NCBI GenBank assembly: GCA_964016885.1
Contig: OZ024754.1
Coordinates: 8,494,001 to 8,558,000 of the forward strand
Reading direction: 5' to 3'
DNA: 64,000 nucleotides
Source: Eledone cirrhosa
Taxonomy: Eukaryota
Under the pieces are notes generated by a model. It was not told the origin of the DNA. It made no database searches and saw only the letters and a program-made list of their open reading frames with translations. The position numbers and the translations under genes are program-made. Position 1 is the first letter of the stretch, and each line of letters starts with the position of its first letter. Positions 8,531 to 22,045 of this stretch are shown one piece after another.

Positions 8531-8605
<75 letters not shown>
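8531..8605. repeat. (TA)n microsatellite abutting the viral right end
   Basis: Directly visible. Confidence 0.95.
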
Positions 8606-8606
<1 letters not shown>

Positions 8607-8659
8607 GTGTGTGTGTGTGTCTGTGTCTATATACATATGTAAATTTTACATACATGTCA

Positions 8660-8770
8660 GAGGATGTGTGGCTTGGTGGCTTCATTTGAGATTGTCAGTT
8701 CGATTCCGGACAAGGCGGTGCGTTGTGTCCTTGGGCAAGACCCTTTATTGCACATTGCTTCAATTTAGTC
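8660..8770 (+). mobile_element. tRNA-derived SINE 5' fragment
   Basis: A-box-like TGGCTTGGTGG, B-box GTTCGATTCC, then GTTGTGTCCTTGGGCAAGAC, which resembles the reverse complement of the SINE cores at ~21840-22045 and 24310-24550. Confidence 0.55.
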
Positions 8771-9504
8771 AGTTTCATAATATGTTGTTATTTGTAAACA
8801 CCTATGATTTAAAATACGGTTTGAAATGCAAAAAAAAAAAACATTTTTTTTGTTTTTAATAGAATTTAGCATTGCCTTTTATCGATTAAAAGCCGAATTT
8901 ATCGATTGGCACTTTAGACGGCCATCAGAATTTCTCTTTGATGCAAGTTGACATAGCAGGGAACACAGTGGAATTCTTTTACCAATAACAGACGCCAACA
9001 GCCAGACCACGAGAAATTATCATGTCTTTCATTTTATTCAACTTTAATGTATAGGCACGTTTAAGTCAGTGAGGACTTTTCTTTGTGATGATTCAACACA
9101 TGTACATATCTGTGAGTGTGTGTGTGTGTTTACGTATATATGTATATGTGTACGTACGTACATCATACATATATGATGGCTGCAACTCGATTTCGAGTAA
9201 TGCCATTACTTTATACTTAAGCTTGGGATTCACGGATGTGGCTTTTTAGTCCTGCTAGGGACTTGCCTATGACCAGCAATGCTATGCATCACAAATAATG
9301 TCACATATCAAGCAATTCCTGCGCTTGAAGCTTTTTAAGTGAGGAAAAGATTTGCAAGGGGCCAATCCCACTCTCTGAACATCAAATGCATTTGTCCAAA
9401 AAGAACTGGTCTACATCATTGGTTGCAAACGAAGTCGCAGGTTTTATATCAGAGTGACCTTCTCTTAGAGAGATGCCTTAATGCAAACTAGGGGTCTCTC
9501 GAGA

Positions 9505-11245
9505 CATATCTACAGCTAAGTTATGAAATTAACTCCTTAACCACAGAACTACAGTTGTACATAAGTTGTGAAGTAAAAACCTTAACTACACAACCATGTC
9601 TGCACAAATGTTGTGAAGTGAACTAACTCCTCAACAACACAACCATGTCTGTGTATATGTTGTGAAGTGAAAACCTTAACCAATCAACTATATCTTCACA
9701 GCTGTTCTCAAGAAAACGTATTAACACAGCCATGCCTACCTACACCTATGTTTTGAAAAAAACTCTTTAAGCACAGATCAATACCTAGACCTATGTTGTG
9801 AAGTGAACTCCTTAAACACACATCCATATATACACCTATGTTGTGAAGTGAACTGCTCAATCACACATCCATATATACACCAATGTTGTGAAGTGAACTG
9901 CTCAATCACACATCTATATATACACCAATGTTGGGAAGTGAACTCCTTAAACATACAGACATGCCCACACTTATGTTGTGTAATGAATTTCTCAACCACA
10001 CATTCATAACTACACCTGTTGTGAAGTGACCTCTTTAAACACAATGCTATGTCTACACATGTTTTTAACTTCGTTTTTAACTTCTTAACCACACAGCCAT
10101 ATATACACCTATGTTGTGACTAGAACTCCTTAACCACACAGCCATACCTATGTTGTAAAATGAACGCCGTAACTACACAGCCATATCAACACCTAAGTTG
10201 TGAAGAGAACTCTTTATCCACACAACCATACCTACAGCTAAGTTGTGAATTGAACTCCTTATCCACACAGTCATATCTACAGCTATGTTTTGAAGTGAAC
10301 TCCTTAAACACACAACTGTATCTAAACTTTGTTATAAAGAGAAATCTTCAACCACGTAGCTATAACTAAAGCTATGCTTGGAAGTGAAATCATTGATCAC
10401 CAGACATATCTACACATATGTTGTGAAATGAATTCCTTAACCACACAACGATGTCTACACTTACGTTGTGAAGTGGACACCACCTTAACCACACAGCCAT
10501 ATCTGCACCTAAGTTGTGAAAAAAACTCCTTAAACACACAGCCATACCTTCATCTATGAGGTGGAGTGAATTCCTTAACCACACAGCCATATCTACATAT
10601 AAATTGTGATAACGTTTTAAACACATATCGATATCTACACCTATGTTGTGAAGTGAACTCCTTAACCACACAGCCACAACTACACCTGTTGTGAAGTGAA
10701 CTCCTGATAAAAACAATCATAACTACACCTGTTGTGAAGTGAACTCCTGATGAAAACAATCATAACTACACCTGTTGTGAAGTGAACTCCTGATGAAAAC
10801 AGTCATAACTACACCTGTTGTGAAGTGAACTCCTTAACCACACAGCCACAACTACACCTGTTGTGAAGTGAACTCCTTAACCACACAGCCACAACTACAC
10901 CTGTTGTGAAGTGAACTCCTGATAAAAACAATCATAACTACACCTGTTGTGAAGTGAACTCCTGATGAAAACAGTCATAACTACACCTGTTGTGAAGTGA
11001 ACTCCTTAACCACACAGCCATAACTACACCTGTTGTGAAGTGAACTCCTTACCACACAGCCATAACTACACCTGTTGTGAAGTGAACTCCTGATAAAAAC
11101 AGTCATAACTACACCTGTTGTGAAGTGAACTCCTGATAAAAACAGTCATAACTACACCTGTTGTGAAGTGAACTCTTGATAAAAACAGTCATAACTACAC
11201 CTGTTGTGAAGTGAACTCTTGATAAAAACAGTCATAACTACACCT
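9505..11245. repeat. ~43-45-bp minisatellite, degenerate on the left and homogenised at 10670-11245
   Basis: Unit AACTACACCTGTTGTGAAGTGAACTCCT(TAACCACACAGCCAT or GATAAAAACAGTCAT); period 43 (10681 to 10724). Confidence 0.9.
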
Positions 11246-12479
11246 ATGTTGTTGGGGGTTTTTTTGTTTTTTGTTGTTGTTTTTTGTTGCTTGTTTTTAT
11301 TTAACGAAAGCACAAACAAATATAATATAAAGGAAAGGGAAAACAAAAAAGAGAGGAAAAGAAAGAGAAAAGAAAAAAGAAAAAAACAGAAGTGATTAGC
11401 ACACACATCTGAGACCACATACAACAAAGGGCAGGCAAAAGAGGTGGACAACCGAGCCGCTACCAGAATAACCTATGTTGTCAAGTAAACTCCTTAACCA
11501 CACAGCCATAGACTGTGGAAATATTTTACAAATCAAAAAAAAATTTTCACAAAACCTCGTAAACTGTTAATAAAAAGGCTTTACATAAAAACAAGTTATT
11601 TTGTGTCATTTTTGTGTTAATAGAAAGTGTATATGGACTTGCAGGGGAATGAACTCTCTCCCTCTTAATCGGATCTAAAAAATAGTTCAATAATATTTGT
11701 TATAAAATGGGCTTTCGAAAGAGTCCCAGTAAAAAAAAAAATAGGGAAAAAAAATCAGAGAAAGGAAGTGAGCTCTTTAAAATACTTTCAGAGTTGTCCG
11801 TCTTAAACTGATAAAAAGAAGTTTAATACATTAAATAGATAAAATAAAGGATTGTTTCTCGAAAGAGAAAAGGAATAGACATGCAAGAGAGTGTACTCTA
11901 TAAAATATTTTCTGAGTTGTCTCCCTTGACCGGAACTTAAAATATTACGAAAATAAAAGCATGAATCAAGTATTTTTTAAAAAATGAAATTTATTGATTA
12001 GTTTCAATATATACGAAAAAGAATATATGAAATAGAAAACATTAAATAAAAGATAGATTTTCAAGAATGGGCAAGAAACAATATGGGAGGAAACTTTTTG
12101 AATATTTTCAGAGTTGTGTCCCTTAACCGGAAGTTTAAAACTGTAAGAAATAGCGTTGAAATATACGAAGATATATATATATATATATATATGAGAAAAT
12201 TTGTCCATAAAATGTTTCCTAAAGTAATCTTTTTATAAATTTATCTTGATTGTGTCCTTAAGGAATACATTTCACAACATATCTGTAGATTTATCTATGT
12301 GATTAAGCAGTTCACTTCACTGCATAACTGTAAGTTTGACTGTTGTTAAAGTATTTACTTCACATTATAATAACGAAAATTATTGTGTACAGTGCTCAGG
12401 TGCACTACAACTAAAGTAAATTGAAAACTTAATTAACTGACATTTTCCAAACAATTCAAATGGGAGCCGACGTCTGTTG

Positions 12480-12790
12480 GGGTCTGAAATGCTGCTGTGG
12501 TAGGTCTCTCGACTCCACAGGTTTACATGGTTTGTCTTGCCACCTGAATCCTGGCCGTTTTGCTCGTCACACCGAGTTAAACCTAAACATCAAACGGGCT
12601 CTGGCTCGGGTAAATATCCGCACAGTTCTGGAGCGGCTGGTTTATCCAGAAGTGATGGGAAAAGACCAGACAGTCTTACCCTTTGTCCCTGAGTGAGAAC
12701 TAGGTGTCTCATCTAGGACGTCACAGTCAGTGACTCTTTTGTTCCCTTCCACATCAAGGACGCTGCAGTGAATGTTGGGGTCACTGCTTC
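12480..12790 (+). pseudogene. Fragment of a restriction-like-endonuclease non-LTR retrotransposon (CRE-like C-terminus)
   Basis: CCCGRSLDSTGLHGLSC..GRFARHTELN, then in a shifted frame DGKRPDSLT..DVTVSD, with stops. Confidence 0.6.
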
Positions 12791-12794
12791 CGTT

Positions 12795-13005
12795 TGTGTA
12801 GCTATGGCTGTGTGGTTAAGAAGTTCACTTCAAAACATAGATGTAGCTGTGGTTGTGTGGTTAAGAAGTTCACTTCACAATTTAGGTGTAGATATGGCTC
12901 TGTGGGGTAGTTATTGCTGTGTGGTTGACGAGTTAAAATCACTACATAGGTGTAAGTATGACTGTGTGGTTGAGGAATTCACCTCACAACATAGGTGTGT
13001 TTAAA
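12795..13005 (-). repeat. Inverted copies of the 43-45-bp minisatellite unit
   Basis: GCTGTGTGGTTAAGAAGTTCACTTCA.. repeats are the reverse complement of the 9.5-11.2 kb unit; more degenerate copies lie at ~12255-12365. Confidence 0.8.
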
Positions 13006-13059
13006 GAGTTTTCTTTATGAGACAAAAAACAAAGATCTTAAACCTGTTAAATGCACAAC

Positions 13060-15275
13060 AGAATAACAAGTAGGAACCCTATCTGAAACAGGCACTGCTT
13101 GAAATTAAAATTGCACTCAAACTTTCACATGAGAAGGGGAGGGCGGAGAGAGAAGCCAGGGCCATAGAAAATATTAAAACAAACACAAAGGCCTTCTTTA
13201 AATTTGCAAAAGAGACTGCCTCGGTACACTGCAAGATTGGGCCACTTTTTCATAAAAATGGCTCATTGACCGAGGATCCTCAAGGGATAAGTGAAATACT
13301 GAAAGAACAGTACAAAAATGTGTTCATACCTCCACTGAGATACATGCAAATAACAAAGCCAGAGGAATTCTTTGATGACACAGCACTCCACGAAGAAATG
13401 GCAACCATCAACCACATAGATATAATGGAAGCCATAGAAGAAATGAGAGCAAACTCAGCTGCTGGACCTGATGGATTCCCAGCAGTCCTCCTAAAAACAT
13501 ACCTTAACAAGATCACTGAAGATTCTATTCAGATGTTCTCTGCTTGTGGTAAACCACCCAGAGAGCAAAAAGAAGGCATAATATGCCATATCCACAAAGG
13601 AGGAAGCAGAGCAAAGGCTAAAATGCCAGTCTCCCTGACGTCACATATCAGTAAGGTCATGGAATGAATTATTAGAAGGAAACTGATTATGTTCCTTGAG
13701 GAAAATGACCGCCTAACACTCAGCATGGCTTTCACCTAGGAAGAGGCTGCCTTACACAGCTTTTACAACATTACGACTGGGTACTGAAACAACTGCTGGA
13801 CAGCTCACATGTGGATGTAATATATGTTGACTTTGTGAAGGCCTTTGACAAGGTCGACCATGGAATGATATATCACAAACTACACAGACTCGGCATAACT
13901 GGAAAAGTAGGTGAGTGGCTACATGACTTCTTAAAAGACAAAAACCAGACTGTTGCAGCCAATGGGTCCCACTCAAAGGAAACATCAATAACTAGCGAGG
14001 TGCCCCAGGGCACAGTCTTAGGATCACAACTGTTTTTGGTGGCTCTTCCAGACATGCCCTCTGTAGTACATACAACATCCCTCACTAGCTATACTGATGA
14101 CACAAAGGTAGCACAGGCAATCAAGAACCTGGCTGATGCTACTATTTTACAAGATCTGGATGCCATATACAAATGGGCTGAGGACAACAACATGCAGTTC
14201 AATGCTGGAAAATTTCAAGCCCTACGATATCAACCTGCTAACACAATGACAGTACAGCACAGCTACACAGGACCAGGAGGAATTAAAATCCCTGTGTCGA
14301 AATCAATATGAGACCTGGGTATAGACATGACTGATGATGCAACGTTTCATTCACACATCATGAAAATGGCGACAATGTGCAGACAACTCGCCAGCTGGAT
14401 CTTGAGGACTTTCAAGACAAGAGACCGAGAAACCATGTTGGTACTATGGAGGACATTTGTCCTAAGCCGACCGGACTATTGTTCCCAACTATGGTGACCC
14501 TCATAGTGTCAAACTAACCACAGAGTTTGAAACAATCCAACAAAGTTACACCAAGAGGATTGCAACAATAAAGGAGATGAACTACTGGGAGAGGTTAAAA
14601 GAACTGAAACTCTAATCTTTGGAACGAAGGCAGGAGAGAAACGCTGTGATATACATATGGAAGATCCTGGAGGGAATAGCACAAAACTTTGGCATTGAGA
14701 GCTGGACCAACATCCGAACAGGACGTCACTGTGTGGTGCCAAAGGTCCCGTCTTTCACATCTAGAGTAAGGAGCAGATATTGCAATAACCTGGGGTTCAA
14801 GAAGGGGCCCTAGCTTTTTAATAAACTGCCAAAACATTTTAGAGATCTACATGGTGTGCATGTAGATATCTTCAAGAGACACCCAAACAGGACGTCACTG
14901 TGTGGTGCCAAAGGTCCCGTCTTTCATATCTAGAGTAAGGAGCAGATATTGCAATAGCATGGAGTTCAAGGGACCCTAGCTTTTTAATAAACTGCCAAAA
15001 AATTTGAGAGATCTACATGGTGTACATGTAGATATCTTCAAGAGACACCCAAACAGGACGTCACTGCGTGGTGCCAAAGGTCCCGTCTTTCATATCTAGA
15101 GTAAGGAGCAGATATTGCAATAGCATGGGGTTCAAGGGACCCTAGCTTTTTAATAAACTGCCAAAACATTTGAGAGATCTACATGGTGTGCATGTAGATA
15201 TCTTCAAGAGACATCTCAACATTCTACAGAGCAAGATCCCAGATGAACTTACATCACGAGGTTTGAGCAGCAGCA
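13060..15275 (+). mobile_element. Decayed CR1-like LINE, ORF2 reverse transcriptase region
   Basis: SAAGPDGF, PVSLTSHISKVME, DVIYVDFVKAFDKVDH, VPQGTVLG, YTDDTK, WAEDNNMQFNAGKF; several frameshifts and stops. Confidence 0.88.
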
Positions 15276-15991
15276 ACAAAATCCCTTTAGCATTAATGGT
15301 TGGTGGATTGGCAGTATCAGTAGAAGGTCGGACGCTATGTTTTCCAGCATAGTTACGTCCCTTTACGATCTGAGTTCAAATCCCGCCGAGATTGACTTTG
15401 CCTTTCATCCTTATGGGGTCAATAAAATAAAGTACCAGTAATGCACTGGGTAATTGCTGGCCTTGTGCCTAAAGTAAAAACAATTAATGGTTCAATTAGT
15501 GGAACAATTAATGTTCATTTTTCTTTCAATAATTAATTTGAAAGCTGGACAGAAAAGCAAGTTCTATTGCTTGAAATTACATCTATAGAGAGTGTAGCAT
15601 CAGTAGCAGTGCCCCAGCATGGTCTCAGCCCCTCAGCTGGAACGCAAATAAAATAAAATAAATAAATAAAATAAATACAAGTGCAGTTCTTAATTGCAGT
15701 TGCTGCAACACCTTTCAGTGTGGATGTGAATTAATTTTTTCTTTCCTTTCCTGCTAGGTTCTCTTTCTTTCCCTCTCTCTCTCTCTTGCTCTCTCTGTCT
15801 CTTTCTCACATCATCTCTCCCTCTCACTCTCTCTCTTTCTTTCTCACATCCCCTCTCCCTCTCTCTCTCCTTTTCTCACACATTCTCTCTCCCTCCCTTT
15901 CTCACACATTCTCGCTTCCTCTCTGTCTTTCTTTCTCTCTCCCTCTCTCTGTCTTCGTCTCTTTCTCTCTCTCTTTCTCACAGTCTCTCTC

Positions 15992-16030
<39 letters not shown>

Positions 16031-16785
16031 TTGTCTCTCTCTCTCTCTCTGTCTTTGTCTCTCTCTCTCTCACATTATCTCTCCCTCTCTGTCTTTCTAT
16101 CTCTCTCTCTTTATATATATATATATCGATTTCTCACATGCTCTCTCCGCTTTTCCCTCTCCTCCCTCCACCTACCTTACCCAGCATGCTCAACGCATGT
16201 TAATAAGTTGTTTTTTTCCCTTTCCACCTAGTCGGAGAATCATTGCTTTTGTTTATTACATTCATCACACGACACACTTTCCTTGTGTTTGTGTTTCGGT
16301 TATTATTTGTTCTTCCAATCCTTTTTCTCTTGTTCTACTTTAACATTTGTCACTCACAGCTTTCTCTTTTTATCTAAAATACAGACACAACCTGCACAGA
16401 ATTTAACGCATAAAAGATAATTGTTTTTCCTTTCGTTTTGTTTTTAGTTTCTTTCTTTCATGCAGCCTATATTTCTACATGCACACGTATATTTATATAC
16501 ATACCAAAAAAATATATACATATATATATATCAAATATATAATAGATTTCGGATAATGCTGCATTTGCTTGCAGTTTTCTTTTGTGTGTGTGTAGTTTTT
16601 TTTTTTCAACGCGCATACCATTAGCTGTGTGTTACCAACCACCTAGTCAACTAAATATATATCTATATATATATATCTATCTATCCATACATACACACAC
16701 ACACCTATATATATATATATATATATATACATACATATATATATAAAATTATATATTTAATAGTGAACTCGGGACACACACACAC

Positions 16786-16820
<35 letters not shown>

Positions 16821-16914
16821 GAAATTAAATTTTATTCACAATTGTATAAATAATATTACAAATAAAAAAAAAAATTTTTAAGGAAAGGAAACGGAAAAGA
16901 TATTTTAAAAAATA

Positions 16915-16968
<54 letters not shown>

Positions 16969-17528
16969 GCAGGTAATACATGCATCTTGGACCATATACA
17001 TCAAAAGACAAGCGAAAGAGGTGGACACTATATATATATATATATATCTCTATATATATATAACAGCTCTGTTCTCTACACAGAGCACTTTTTTTTCCTT
17101 TGCTTTTTCTTCGGCATTACCTAACACTAAAACATATATATATATATACATATATACATATATATATATTGTCTAGCAGAGGAGATATTTGGCTAAACCC
17201 CTGTTTACGTAATACCACCTGAGTCTAATTATTTTGCTTTTTTATGGAATCTAGAAAATTGTTGCATTTCAATTAACGTCATCAAATTCCATCCCGACTC
17301 TTCTTCCAAACCTATTTTTTCTTATTGACACTACTGTTGATTTTGTTGTTGTTATTATTGTTGTTGTTATCGTTTATTAATCAGGATTATTATTATTGTT
17401 GTTGTTGTTATTGCTGCTGTTATTTATCAGGATTGTTATTGTTGTTGTTATTGGTTACCGCTGTTGCTGTAGCTTGTTATTATTGATATTATTTATTAAT
17501 TAATAATATATAATACTGTTGTTGTTTA

Positions 17529-17881
<353 letters not shown>

Positions 17882-17955
17882 ACTCCTGTCGTATACAACA
17901 CACATTATCCAATTATCCATTTATGTGGAAAAGGTATTTATTATAATATTAATAA

Positions 17956-18005
<50 letters not shown>

Positions 18006-18064
18006 GTAGTAGTACTAATTTGTAATTATAATTTGGGGCTGGATATTTTTGTTGTTAAGGCAAA

Positions 18065-18223
18065 ATGAATGACGATAAATTCGACGAAACCTCCGAAAGG
18101 ACGAGTCTTTTCCAGTGTCACAACATCGAGGGGAGAGAGCCATGGAAGACGACAAGATCTCTCTACCAACAGAGACTGAAGCAACAGTACCAACAACAAC
18201 AACAACCAAATCACCGTCGACTA

Positions 18224-18259
<36 letters not shown>

Positions 18260-19237
18260 GAAAAAGAAGAAAAAGAAGATGAACAACAACAACAACAACA
18301 ATACTGTTCTGCTGACCAGACATCTCTAACACACCAAAAACATACAAAGATATTGTTCCATCAACCAAAGAATTTACACTGCAATGTCCATAATAACCGG
18401 TTCCGAATTCTTCCTAAACAACACCAACTACAACAACTACAACAACTACAACAGCTACAACAGCTACAACAGTCGCCACCATCATTCCAACCACGGTATA
18501 ATATCCCTCTTCTAACTAAACCTCCTGGACTTCACAATCATCACCACAATAATCACCATTACCATGATTGTATTGCCGATAACGACGACCATCGCCGCCG
18601 TCTCCACCACCACCACCACCACCACTACCACCATCATCATCATGATCATCATCATGATCAACACCATGACGACCAACAGCACCAACAGCAACACCTTCAC
18701 CTTCAGTCAGAACAACAGGTAAATCCATGCAGTGCAGTTGTACAATCCAAGTCTTCCATATTAAACACAGTCCAGTATCTGACCCACGACAACAATAGTA
18801 AAAACAACAGCAGCAGCAGCAACAACAACAACAGCAACATCAACAACAAAGACATCATCATCAACAACAATAAAAACAACAACAACAACAACAACAACGG
18901 CAACAATATCTTAAATAACAGCCTTCCAGCTTCTCTGAATCAAGTATTTTACAGCGGAGAAGGCGGAGGGCGAGCCTTACAAGGAGGCCATCGCTGTCAA
19001 AGAAGCTTTCATGTTGACAGCAACGAATCTAGCTGTTTGTTTTGTACAACCCCGGGTTCGCTTCCTCATAATGCTGCTATCATGAAAACATCGTCGTCTT
19101 GTAAAACACATGTCTATACATCGTCTTGTTCCAGTGACTGTGTACACCTCTCACCACTTCCCGCTGACCATATAGTACTCACATGGAATTTTCGCTACTG
19201 CCGATCGTTTCAAGGAATTCTTCGACTCCTGCAAGTG
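18065..19237 (+). CDS. MARVEL-domain (CMTM/plasmolipin-like) membrane protein, exon 1 with long low-complexity N-terminus
   Basis: 391-codon open frame ending [18 protein letters not shown], the typical MARVEL start, at donor GTG|GTGAGT (phase 0). The true start codon is uncertain. Confidence 0.75.
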
Positions 19238-19247
19238 GTGAGTTGCC

Positions 19248-19366
19248 ATTTACAATTTACCTTACATTTTACCTTACAATTTACCTTACATTTTACCTTA
19301 CATTTTACCTTACAATTTACCTTACATTTTACCTTACAATTTACCTTACATTTTACCTTACATTTT
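19248..19366. repeat. 12-bp tandem repeat (TTTACCTTACAW)n at the start of intron 1
   Basis: Directly visible. Confidence 0.9.
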
Positions 19367-19603
19367 GGGATTTGGTTCGTTTCTTCTTTTGTAAACTTCC
19401 AAATCTGTTTTTTTTTTTTTTAAATACTGCTCACCGTTACACACACGTACGCACACACACATACACACACACACATACACACATGCGTGCGCGCACGCAC
19501 GCGCACACATACACACACACACACACATACACATACACACATGCGCGAGCGCACAGACGCACGTACGCGCGCGCACACACACATAAATGACAAGGTACAA
19601 TAA

Positions 19604-19634
<31 letters not shown>

Positions 19635-20021
19635 CATATATAAGCATACACATATATATATATATATATGTATGTATACAAACACACACACATACATACA
19701 TACACATATATACACACATATGCACATACATACACAAATATACACACATAGATATATTTCTTTATTAGCCACAAGGACGCACAAGAAAAAGAGTTATAAG
19801 AAAAAATAATAATAAAAAATAAAAATAAAAAAAAATAAAAATAGAAAAATAAAAAAATATATATACGACTTAAGAAAATAAAAATAAAAATTATTATAAA
19901 GTTGACAGCGATACAGGAAAGGACACACAAATAAATAAACACACGTGGTAAGCAATACACACATTTACACATACATACATATAAATATATACATACACAC
20001 ACACACCACACATACACAAAC

Positions 20022-20078
<57 letters not shown>

Positions 20079-20149
20079 TACATACATATATATATATATA
20101 TGTGATATTAATAAATGGAAACTATATTTATAAAACCATATTTATTTCA

Positions 20150-20205
20150 TTATACATATTTCAGGGATACCACATTAAATTATGGTATGCATTCATCAGA
20201 TAAAA
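20150..20205 (-). ncRNA. Hammerhead-like motif in a dispersed repeat
   Basis: Minus strand TTAT-CTGATGA-atgcATACCA..TGGTATccct-GAAA-TATGTA-TAA. Confidence 0.5.
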
Positions 20206-20466
20206 TACAATATATAACAGTTTTACAAATAGCTTTGACGTACCCTTTTAAAATACAACCATTACTTTTGGAGGCTGTCTGGATAGTATTATTTACTAAA
20301 ATAAAGTACCAGTAATACACTGGAATAATTGCTGGCCTTGTGCCAAGAGTAGAAACAATTATTTACTAAAGTACCAGTAATGCACTGGGTAATTGATGGC
20401 CTTGTGCCTAAAGTAGAAACAATTATTTACTTGTTGTATCCCAACAACTTTAAATAGAACTTTTGC

Positions 20467-20497
<31 letters not shown>

Positions 20498-21548
20498 AAG
20501 TAATTCCGTCGGAAAGGTCCAGGAAAAAAGAGTGCTCTATGTAGGTTACAGAGCTTAATAGTTATGTTGTTTATTACATAACTATATATATATAAGAAAA
20601 TACATAAATATTAGATATATATATAAATAAAAAGGTGGAAGGGGTAAACAAATAATTGGGAATACGACAAATAATAAATAAATAGATAAAGGTATAAATG
20701 TTTATAGCTGATTTAGAGCACTCAACAATTCCTAGAGCAAATAATCAATGAAAATAAACATTAAATCATTCTGTATGTAATTATGCATACAGATATATAT
20801 AATTATATACACATATATATATACATCATCATCATCATTGTTTAACGTCCATCTTCCACGCTTGCATGGGTTTGGACGGGAATTTTCCCACCTGAGGCCA
20901 GATTTGGTTGTCCTGCTCGTATAGGACTGTCTGGCGGGTTTTCTACGGCTGGGTGCCCTTCCCAACACCAACCACGTTTACAGTGTGTACTGGGAGGTTT
21001 TTACCGTGTTACCTACACGGCCACATTACAGCATGGACTGTGTGTTTTTTTTTTTATATACACATACACATATACACAACACATACATACACACAGAAAT
21101 AAATATCTATAAATAAAAAAGGTGAGTATGTAAAGGGTAAGGTAGAAAGTAGGGGGAATAAGGAAAATAAATAACAGAAAAAAGTTTAAATATAAGGGGA
21201 GATAAGGGAGAAAAAGAATATAAGAGTACAGAAAGTGAGTACAGAAATATATATATATTTAAAGGTTAAATAAGGTTCAATGAATAAATCAAAGAATGAG
21301 TTTTACAATAGATTGGAAGCACTCAACAGAATGGTTTTCCGGAGTTATTAATATTAATTCAAAATATTAACAAAATAGATATTCTTGTGATCAAGTATAT
21401 TTTATTATACATATTTCAGAGGTACTGAGTTAACTTCAACAGTACGTTCAAGTTATCCCTGGAAAGTCGATAATTTCCAGGGATAACTTGAACCATTAAG
21501 GTATATTATCCTTGGTTATGTCAAATATTTATAAAACAAACTTTGTAT

Positions 21549-21602
21549 TTTATCTGATGATAGTGTACCAAAGTCTTTTGGTACCCTTGAAATATATATA
21601 AT
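21549..21602 (+). ncRNA. Hammerhead-like motif, inverted paralog of 20150-20205
   Basis: TTAT-CTGATGA-tagtGTACCAAA..TTTGGTACcctt-GAAA-TATATA-TAA. Confidence 0.5.
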
Positions 21603-21839
21603 AGAATAAATATGGGTTTATAAATATAGTTTCCATTTATTTAATATCATTGTATATTATACTCCAGAAACTTGTTGAGTGCTCTAAATCAGTTATAAAC
21701 ATTTATATTTGTTGAATTACCAACAAATTGAATATCCCTTCTGCTTATATAGTGTGAGTAGATAGGTGTGTGTATGTGTGATTTCCCCTATTATGTTCCT
21801 TTACTATAGCTAAAAAAGTGTAAGGTCTGTCTTAAGCCA

Positions 21840-22045
21840 GAAGGCTTGTTAGGTCGGTGCTTATCCCAAGTTCAGGGTATGAAGCAACTGAGAGTACAAG
21901 ATTCCCCTTGGACAGGATGCCAGTCCATCACAGGGTTAAACCCCCAGCTATGGCTGGTACTCATTTTCAGCTGAGTATACTGGGGCAACGTGAAACGAAG
22001 TGTTCTGCTTAAGAACACAACACACAACCCAGCCCAGGAATTGAA
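21840..22045 (-). mobile_element. SINE copy (second copy at ~24310-24550)
   Basis: Both share GGACAGGATGCCAGTCCATCACAGGGTTAAACCCCCAGCTA..CAGCTGAGTATACTGG..GGAATTGAACC (B-box on -). Confidence 0.7.

Noticed and set aside
19238-19423. ORF continuation with LHFT/LQFT repeats
   Set aside because: Lies after a strong splice donor and is the translation of an intronic 12-bp tandem repeat.
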